64,000 bases of DNA, taken from an uncultured Alphaproteobacteria bacterium. Lineage in GTDB: Bacteria; Pseudomonadota; Alphaproteobacteria; Rhizobiales; Xanthobacteraceae. This document shows, in pieces, positions 57,588-64,000 of this stretch (its first letter is position 1; every line of letters begins with the position of its first letter). The stretch lies in assembly GCA_963802535.1 (NCBI GenBank), contig CAWDJI010000032.1:9317-73316 (forward strand), in the 5' to 3' direction. A model generated the notes under the pieces. The model worked only from the letters and a program-made list of their open reading frames with translations. It did not search any database and was not told the DNA's origin. The position numbers were made by a program, and so were the translations under genes.

Positions 57588-58016
57588 ATGCCGCTCATCA
57601 CAGTCACTTATTCCAGCATTCGCAAAGCCCCGTCGCTCAAGGCTGAAATCGCCTCCGCCGTCAGCGATCTCACCGCGCGGATCCTGCGCAAGGATCCCGA
57701 GGTCACCGCCATCATCGTCAAATCAGTCGACGCCGCGGACTGGTTCGCCGGCGGCAAGTCGCTGGCTGAACAGAGCCTCGCCAGTTTCTGGCTCGACGTC
57801 CATGTCAGCGAAGGCACCAACACCAAGGACGAGAAGGCCGCCTATCTCTCGGCTCTCTTCAAGCGCATGGGAGAACTGCTCGGGCCGCTGCACGAGGAGA
57901 GCTACGCGCATGTCGACGAAGTGAAGGGCGACGCCTACGGTTTTGGCGGCCTGACCCAGGAGCGGCGCTACATCGCCGGAAAGCTCGAAGTCGCGCCGCA
58001 GCGTGAGGCGGCGTGA
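57588..58016 (+). CDS. tautomerase (4-OT superfamily)-like protein
   Basis: AAGGAG lies 8 nt upstream of ATG 57588. Begins MPLITVTYS.. (Pro1 after Met removal). 142 aa. Confidence 0.75.
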   Translation: MPLITVTYSSIRKAPSLKAEIASAVSDLTARILRKDPEVTAIIVKSVDAADWFAGGKSLAEQSLASFWLDVHVSEGTNTKDEKAAYLSALFKRMGELLGPLHEESYAHVDEVKGDAYGFGGLTQERRYIAGKLEVAPQREAA

Positions 58017-58021
58017 TCCTT

Positions 58022-58750
58022 CTAGATCGTCGCTGCCGGCAGGTGGGCCCTGGTCGCACCGAACACGTCCTCAAACGCCTGCCGGAGCGCGACGTCGAAA
58101 TCTTCCATCGTCACGGGCAGGCCGAGGTCGACCAGCGAGGTGACGCCGTATCGGGCATCGGCGACACCGCAGGGGACGATCGCGGAGAAATGCGACAAGT
58201 CCGGTTCGACATTGATGGCGATGCCGTGAAATGACACCCAGCGCCGCACCCGCACGCCGATCGCCGCGATCTTGTCCTCATGGCCGGAACCCTTGTCGGG
58301 CCTTTTGACCCAGACCCCGACGCGGTCCTCGCGGCGCTCGCCGCGGACGTTGAAGGCGAGGAGCGTGCGGATGATCCATTCCTCGAGGCCGGCGACATAG
58401 GCGCGCACGTCGGGCCGCCGCCGCTTCAGGTCGAGCATCACATAGGCCACCCGCTGGCCCGGGCCGTGATAGGTGAGTTGGCCGCCGCGGCCGGTCTGAT
58501 ACATCGGAAAGCGGGGGTCGAGCAGGTCGCCTTCCTTGCCGCTGGTGCCGGAGGTATAGAGCGGCGGGTGTTCCAGCAGCCACACAAGTTCGCTGGCCTG
58601 TCCGGCCGCGATATCGGCGACCCGGGCTTCCATCAAGGCCACCGCCTCAGGATAGGGCACGGGTCCAGGCGAAATGCGCCATTCCAGTCCGGCAGCATCA
58701 GCGGGCAGGGCGAACCTCGTCATATCAAGGCTTTGGCGGTCATTAACCAT
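58022..58750 (-). CDS. lipB: lipoyl(octanoyl) transferase
   Basis: 242 aa. ..[48 protein letters not shown].. Confidence 0.95.
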   Translation of the reverse strand: MVNDRQSLDMTRFALPADAAGLEWRISPGPVPYPEAVALMEARVADIAAGQASELVWLLEHPPLYTSGTSGKEGDLLDPRFPMYQTGRGGQLTYHGPGQRVAYVMLDLKRRRPDVRAYVAGLEEWIIRTLLAFNVRGERREDRVGVWVKRPDKGSGHEDKIAAIGVRVRRWVSFHGIAINVEPDLSHFSAIVPCGVADARYGVTSLVDLGLPVTMEDFDVALRQAFEDVFGATRAHLPAATI

Positions 58751-58761
58751 TGGCTAACCAT
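58743..58761. promoter_or_regulatory. tandem CtrA-type motifs TTAACCAT-tgg-CTAACCAT (= TTAA-N7-CTAAC)
   Basis: A perfect 8-mer TTAACCAT (58743-58750, overlapping the lipB ATG) and a 7/8 copy 11 nt later, 64-82 nt upstream of the fliN-like gene. Confidence 0.4.
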
Positions 58762-58824
58762 AACGTGGTCAGGTGGAAACAGATAATTCAGTCCAGGATT
58801 TAGTCCCAGTTTGGCGGTTTCGAA

Positions 58825-59067
58825 GTGACCACCCTCGATAAAGTCAGTGTCGACCTCATGGTGGTGCTCGGCACCACCACGATGCCCATCCACCAGGTCA
58901 TGCGGCTGTCCCGCGGCGCCATCATCGAACTGGACGCCACCGAGGCGGACGAGGTCAAGATCCTCGCCAATAACCTGCCGGTGGCTTCCGGCGTCGTGCT
59001 GGTCGATCGCAACCGGATTGCGGTCGAAGTCAAGCAAATGCTGCCGAAATTGCCTGATGTTAGGTAG
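58825..59067 (+). CDS. FliN/SpoA-domain flagellar switch-like small protein
   Basis: 80 aa with a GTG start. ..VSVDLMVVLGTTTMPIHQVMRLSRGAIIELDATEADEVKILANNLPVASGVVLVDRNRIAVEVKQML.. Confidence 0.8.
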   Translation: MTTLDKVSVDLMVVLGTTTMPIHQVMRLSRGAIIELDATEADEVKILANNLPVASGVVLVDRNRIAVEVKQMLPKLPDVR

Positions 59068-59165
59068 TTAATTCGGTCGCAAAACCGCCTTGTCCCCCCA
59101 TCCCTGATTTGTTACATCGGCGCCGTTGATCCGGCAGGCCAAAGTCCTTCCAGCCGGTATCCCAA

Positions 59166-59250
59166 GCGCTCGTGGCGGAATTGGTAGACGCGCTGCCTTG
59201 AGGTGGCAGTGAGTAAAATCGTGGGGGTTCGAGTCCCTCCGAGCGCACCA
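59166..59250 (+). tRNA. tRNA-Leu (anticodon GAG)
   Basis: Acceptor GCGCTCG/CGAGCGC, anticodon stem CTGCC/GGCAG with loop TTGAGGT, a long variable arm, T-loop TTCGAGT, and an encoded CCA. Confidence 0.9.
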
Positions 59251-59364
59251 CACAATCATGCGGTTACATGTTGGGCGTAGACCAGCGGGGCAATGCGGTC
59301 GCGGAGCCGGTTCCCCGGTCCGATGACCCAGTTCGGCGCTTCCAAGGCCATCCGGAGCACATGA

Positions 59365-59739
59365 ATGACGTTTCTGAGCTACGCCTACCGATTCGTGTCG
59401 AACTTCGTGTTCCTGGCGCTGGTCTATTTCAGCCTGAATTTTCTGCCGAAATACGAACACCGCGTGATCGTGTCGGTGCTGGTGCTGGTCTATGCCGGCA
59501 TGCATGCGGCAACGGCGCTGCGGTCGTTTTATTTCTTCCAGCGAATCGAGCGGCTGGAGGCGGAGGCGCGGCGGCTGGCGGTGGCCGCCGGCGAAGGGCC
59601 CGGTGCGCAGGCCTCGCGCAAGCTGATCGTCAGCGAGGTCAGCGGGCTGCGCCATGCCGGCGAGATGAAGGCGTATATCGACCTGTTGTTCCTCGCCCTC
59701 GTCATTCTCCTGTGCATCGCCAAGATCGTGACGAACTGA
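59365..59739 (+). CDS. hypothetical membrane protein
   Basis: 124 aa with hydrophobic helices at both ends and a central charged helix (RIERLEAEARRLAVAAGEG). Confidence 0.6.
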   Translation: MTFLSYAYRFVSNFVFLALVYFSLNFLPKYEHRVIVSVLVLVYAGMHAATALRSFYFFQRIERLEAEARRLAVAAGEGPGAQASRKLIVSEVSGLRHAGEMKAYIDLLFLALVILLCIAKIVTN

Positions 59740-59841
59740 AGCGCGCGGCGCATGCCCCTTTGGTGGAATTCGCCAACGTAGAAACGCGCTTTTTCGATGC
59801 TCTACTGTCGCCCGGCAGACAAGAACCGGAGCTCAATCCCC

Positions 59842-61248
59842 ATGACAGGGCATACCCAACTCGCTGGCGGCACGCGACATCGCTTCCCTGATCCATCCCT
59901 ACACCAATCTCGAGAAGCACAAGGTCGAGGTCCGCATGATCGCCGCGGCGAGGGGGTCTATGTCTATGACGAGGCCGGCAAGCGCTATCTCGACGGCATG
60001 GCGGGGCTGTGGACCACCTCGCTCGGCTTCAGCGAGAAGCGCCTGGTCGAGGCGGCGCAGCGCCAGATGGAGCAATTGCCGCCCTATCCACGATCTTCAA
60101 CAACCGCTCGACCGAGCCCTCGATCGAGCTCGCCGAGAAGCTGCTGAAGATCGTGCCGAAGGGGCTCGGCAAGGTGCTGTTCGCCAATTCGGGCTCGGAG
60201 GCCAACGACCAGGCGGTGAAGCTCGTCTGGTACTACAACAACGCCCTCGGCCGGCCGCGCAAGAAGAAGGTCATCGCCCGCGTGCGCGGCTATCACGGCA
60301 TCACGGTGTTTGCCGGCAGCCTGACCGGCCAGCCGGCCAACCACGCCGACTTCGATCTGCCGCTCGGCGGCGTGCTGCGCACCGATTGCCCGAGCCATTA
60401 TCTCTACGGCCTGCCGGGCGAGAGCGAGGCGGCGTTCGTCGAGCGCATCGTCGCCAATCTCGAGAGACATGATCCTGCGCGAAGGGCCGGAGACGATCGG
60501 CGCCTTCATCGCCGAGCCGGTCAACGGCGGCCGGCGGCGTGATCGTGCCGCCGGCCGGTTATTTCCGAAGGTGCAGGAGGTGCTGCGCCGCTACGACGTC
60601 CTGTTCATCGCCGACGAGGTGATCTGCGGCTTCGGCCGCACCGGCGAGATGTTCGGCTGCGACACGTTCGGCATCGCGCCCGACATCATGACGGTCGCCA
60701 AGGCGCTGTCGGCGCCGTACATGCCGATCTCGCGACCATCGTCAGCGCCAAGATCTTCGAGGCGATCTGGTCGCGCAAAGCACGGCAAGCTCGGCAATTT
60801 CGGGCACGGCTTCACCTATGCCGGCCATCCGGTCGCGGCGGCGGTGGCGCTCGAGACCCTGAAGATCTACCAGGAGCGCGACCTGGTCGGCAGGTGCGGC
60901 AAGGTGTCGCCGCACTTCCTGGCGAAGCTCAACGCGCCTGGCGCATCCATCCGCTGGTCGGCGAGACCCGCGGCGTCGGCCTGATCGGCGCGGTGCAGTC
61001 TCGCCGAACAAGGCAACCCGCGAGCAGTTCGTCGCCGCCGACGGCGTCGGCCCGGTGGTGCAGCAGGCGGCGCAGGACAAGGGCGTCATCCTGCGCGCGA
61101 CGCCGGAGGCGGTCTATCTCTGCCCGCCGCTGATCATCACCGAGGGCGAGATCGACGAGATGATCGAAGCCCTGGCGCGGCGGCGCTCGACGAAGCCTAC
61201 GCGGCGGCCGAGCAGCGCGGGTTGTTAGGCCAAAAGTCGGCGGCCTAG
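59842..61248 (+). pseudogene. class III (omega-type) aminotransferase, many frameshifts
   Basis: Conserved segments are scattered over all three frames: ..RDIASLIHPYTNLEKHKVE.. / ..GEGVYVYDEAGKRYLDGMAGLWTTSLGF.. / ..FNNRSTEPSIELAEKLLKIVP..FANSGSEANDQAVKL..GYHGITV.. / ..MILREGPETIGAFIAEPV.. / ..AGGVIVPPAGYF.. / ..VLFIADEVICGFGRTGEMFGCD..MTVAKALS.. / ..GHGFTYAGHPVAAAVALE.. / ..HPLVGETRGVGLIGAV.. / ..GVILRATPEAVYLCPPLIITEGEIDEMIEAL.. I count at least 7 frame changes. Confidence 0.85.
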
Positions 61249-62105
61249 GTGGTGTGGACACTAGCGCATCCATAGAACGATTGCGGCGAGGGTGACGACG
61301 GCGAGGTAGTTTCGCGCGGTCTTTTCGAAGCGGGTGGCGACGCGTCGGAACTGTTTGAGCTGGAGAAGCAGCACTCAACGAGATGGCGCTGGGCGTAGAG
61401 GTGCTTGTCGAGCGGGTGTTTGAGGGCGCGCGACGGGTTGTTGGGGATGACGGCGAGCGCGCCCTTGGCGGCGATCGCCTGGCGGAAATGATCGGCGTCA
61501 TAGGCCGTGTCGGCCATGACGACCTCGGCGGGCAGGCCCTCGATCAGGGCGCGGCCTGCGGCGCATCGCCCCTCTGGCCGGCGGTGAGGGTGAAGCGCAC
61601 GGGACATCCCAGGCCTCGGACGGCCATGTGGATCTTGGTGCTCAGGCCGCCGCGGGAGCGGCCGATCGCTGATCTTCCGCCTGATCTTCAGACCCCCCTT
61701 TTTAGCCCCGGCGGCGTGCTGATGGGCCCGGACGATGGTGGAATCGACGATCAGGTACTCGAAGTCCGGATCATCGGACATCGCCTCGAATATGCGCCAC
61801 CAGATGCCCTTCCTGCTCCAGCGGCTGAAGCGGCGGAACACGCTGTTCCAATCCCCGAACACCTCAGGAAGATCACGCCAGGGCGAGCCGGTGCGCACGA
61901 TCCACAGCACTCCTTCGACGAACATCCGGTTGTCGCGCCCGGTCGAGCCCTTCTGGTCAGGCCGACCGATGATCAGCGGGGCATCCGCTCCCACGCCGCA
62001 TCGCTCAATACCAAACGATCCATCACACCCAAGACTGCCTCCCCAAAAGCAGTCTTGAATCCGATTCGCTCCTAAACGGGAATCCTTAGAGTCCACACCA
62101 CCTAG
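61245..62105 (-). mobile_element. IS5-family insertion sequence (small two-ORF type, ~0.86 kb), transposase frame disrupted
   Basis: 15-bp perfect termini CTAGGTGGTGTGGAC (61245-59) / GTCCACACCACCTAG (62091-105). Minus-strand fragments are MDRLVLSDAAWERM.. / ..PLIIGRPDQKGSTGRDNRMFVEGVLWIVRTGSPWRDLP..IVDSTIVRAHQHAAGAKKGG / ..AIGRSRGGLSTKIHMAVRGLGCPVRFTLTAGQRGD.. / ..LIEGLPAEVVMADTAYDADHFRQ..YAQRHLVECCFS / KLKQFRRVATRFEKTARNYLAVVTLAAIVLWMR*. Confidence 0.85.
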
Positions 62106-63494
62106 CGCTTCTTCAGGCCGGCGACGCGGACCGAGCCTTCTTGCCGGGCTTGCCTGGCGGGTTTGGCTTGGGCGGCATGCTTTCCGGCGCGCTTTGCGTG
62201 ATTGGTATCCTGCGCGTGCGGGCTGGTGCGCGGCGTGTTTGGCCGCGGCGGGGTGCCGGGCCGCGGCGGCGCGGGCCTGACGGCGCGACTTGCCCGCCCG
62301 CGCCGAGCCTGGTTTGCACTGGCTGCTTGGCGGCACTTCACGTGCTCGCGCGCTTCGGTGCGGCTCCACCTCGCCGCGCGGAGGGCGGCGAATACAGCAT
62401 CGTGACGCGCATCGACTTCCGGAAGCTTGAACACGTCATTGCCGCCGGCACCGACAGCGCCGGTGGGTCCAGCACCAGCGTGACCTGCCGCGACCACTGC
62501 GCGTCGCGCCAGGCGCGGCGCTGCGCGCGATCTGCCGGCGCGGTGTTGCGCCAGTCGAGATCCGACACCGTTCGGGCGCGGGCAGGGTCGGTGCTCGCGG
62601 CATAGGCGAAATTCGGAATTTTCGGCCAGCGCGACGTCGCCACCGTTCCGACGTCGGGTGCAATATGCCATTGCTGCGGCTCGGTCGGCGTCGCCGGCCG
62701 TTCGGGCGTCGCCGGCACCACGTGCACGATGCGATAGCCGCGCGCTTTCAGCTCTTGCAGGATCTCGCGGCTAGTGCTGCAACCGTGCGCGCCTGAATGT
62801 CGTGCAGCAGCAGAATGCCTTTGCCCTTGGCCTCGAGCCGCTGGATCGCCAGATCGTAGACGCGTTGCGAGGAGACGGGACGCCAGTCGTCGGCGGGAAA
62901 ATCGGCGCTCCAGATCTGGAGGCCCTTGGATTCCGCGTATTCCTCGATGACGTCGGAACGGCCAAGACCGGGAATGCGGAAGAACGGCGCCGGTGCGGTG
63001 CCGTCGGCGAGGGCTGCGGTCACCGAGGCGATGCCGTCCTCGATCTCCTTCTGGGCGCGATCGAGCGGCAGCCGGTTCATGTCGCCGCGGATGGTTCTGG
63101 GTGTGGGTGGCAACGGTGTGGCCGGCGTCGCGCACCTTGCGCACGCCTTCCGGATTGGCGTTGGCCTGGCGCCCGACCAGGAAGAAGGTCGCCTTCGCGC
63201 AATGCGCGGCGAGAATGTCCAGGATCTGGTAGCTGTACTTCGGCAGCGGGCCGTCGTCGAAGGTCAGCACCACCTCATGGTCTGCCAGCGGCAGCGTCTT
63301 GGCGTATTGCATGGTGCCGATGATGGGATGTCGCGCGGATCGACCACCAGCGTGCGCGAGGTGCCGAGCGCGTCGGGATGGCCGGGACAATCGGCGGCCG
63401 TCGCGGCCTGCGCGGCGGCGCAGGTCAGCAGGCCAAACGCCGAGAAAACGCGGCCGACAGAGCAGGCGATGGCCGCCCTCGGAGCCCCGAACAT
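62102..63494 (-). pseudogene. polysaccharide deacetylase (NodB-homology) family protein, multiple frameshifts
   Basis: Signal peptide MFGAPRAAIACSVGRVFSAFGLLTCAAAQA. Then, across frames: ..HPIIGTMQYAKTLPLADHEVVLTFDDGPLPKY..FFLVGRQANANPEGVRKVRDAGHTVATHTQNHP / ..MNRLPLDRAQKEIEDGIASV..FFRIPGLGRSD..GILLLHDIQARTVAAL / ..ILQELKARGYRIVHVVPATP.. / basic tail ..AGLKKR*. Confidence 0.8.
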
Positions 63495-63689
63495 ACGCTA
63501 GCGATCATAGAACCCCGGCTTCATTCCCAATCGAGGCTTTGGTTCATGCGAATCGGAACCGAGTCTTAGTCTTAGTCGCAAATTGGCGCGTTTTGTTCAA
63601 GCGAACCGCGATACGGGAGCAGGCCGGCTCGGCGGACATGCGACGTTGGCAATCATTATACGCGGTGGCCATGAATGCCGCCTTAATCA

Positions 63690-64000
63690 CCGAAATACCA
63701 CACTTATTTCGGGATCTAGGGGCCTGCTGGCGGCGGCGCCTGGGCGCGGGCGGAACGACGTGGACGACGCGGTAATGATTTTCGCGGAGGTAGCGCAGGA
63801 AGGCCGGCAGCATGGCCGCGGTCTGCGCCTTGGATCGTGCAGCAGGATGATGCCCTTGCGGGCGACTGCAGCCGCTCGGTCAGCAGCTTCAGCTGCCGCG
63901 CTTCGGCGTCATCGGCTCCCAGTCGCTGGCCCAGAGGTCGGCGCCGAACACCGGTTATGCCGCGCTTTTGCAGCAGGTCGAGCGTTGCCGGCGTCATGTC
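63690..64000 (-). pseudogene. second polysaccharide-deacetylase-like gene, C-terminal part, frameshifted (continues past the window end)
   Basis: Minus-strand fragments: ..MTPATLDLLQKRGITGV / FGADLWASDWEPMTP / EARQLKLLTERLQS / ..GIILLHD.. / ..AAMLPAFLRYLRENHYRVVHVVPPAP.. These parallel the 62102-63494 paralogue. The 3' end is approximate. Confidence 0.5.

Noticed and set aside
59251-64000. Genomic island integrated at tRNA-Leu.
   Set aside because: There is no integrase, no direct repeat of the tRNA 3' end that I could find, and no obvious compositional shift. The genes present (aminotransferase, deacetylases) are ordinary metabolic types.

Overview
High-GC alpha-proteobacterial chromosomal segment. 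The gene set and at least four REP/MITE-like repeat families look like Bradyrhizobium/Nitrobacteraceae to me; that is recognition from memory, not a database search. I support about 60 protein genes, 2 tRNAs (Arg, Leu), one small IS5-family element and about 11 REP copies. I see no rRNA, CRISPR array, prophage or recognisable defence system. Content is mostly core metabolism and repair (pccA, lipB, msrA, class III ADH, photolyase, 1-Cys peroxiredoxin, acylphosphatase, oxaloacetate decarboxylase-like) plus dense signalling: 3 PAS histidine kinases (2 of them hybrid), 2 GGDEF proteins and 1 MCP. I do not see a complete, clearly novel multi-gene system. The best candidates for a second look are: (1) a low-GC pocket at 4.07-5.47 kb encoding a ColV-like double-glycine leader peptide downstream of an ankyrin-repeat gene and a GrlR-like gene, with no exporter in the window; (2) an orphan 962-aa VCBS/RTX secreted protein with a degenerate HExxE motif; (3) regulatory boxes found by eye (CtrA-type TTAA-N7-TTAA, a Pho box, an alpha-type SOS box); (4) an IS inserted exactly in a CTAG shared by two convergent stop codons. 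Caveat: many otherwise intact genes carry apparent 1-nt frameshifts. They are often in homopolymer runs and become very dense from 59.8 kb to the end. I cannot tell real pseudogenes from assembly indel errors using the sequence alone.
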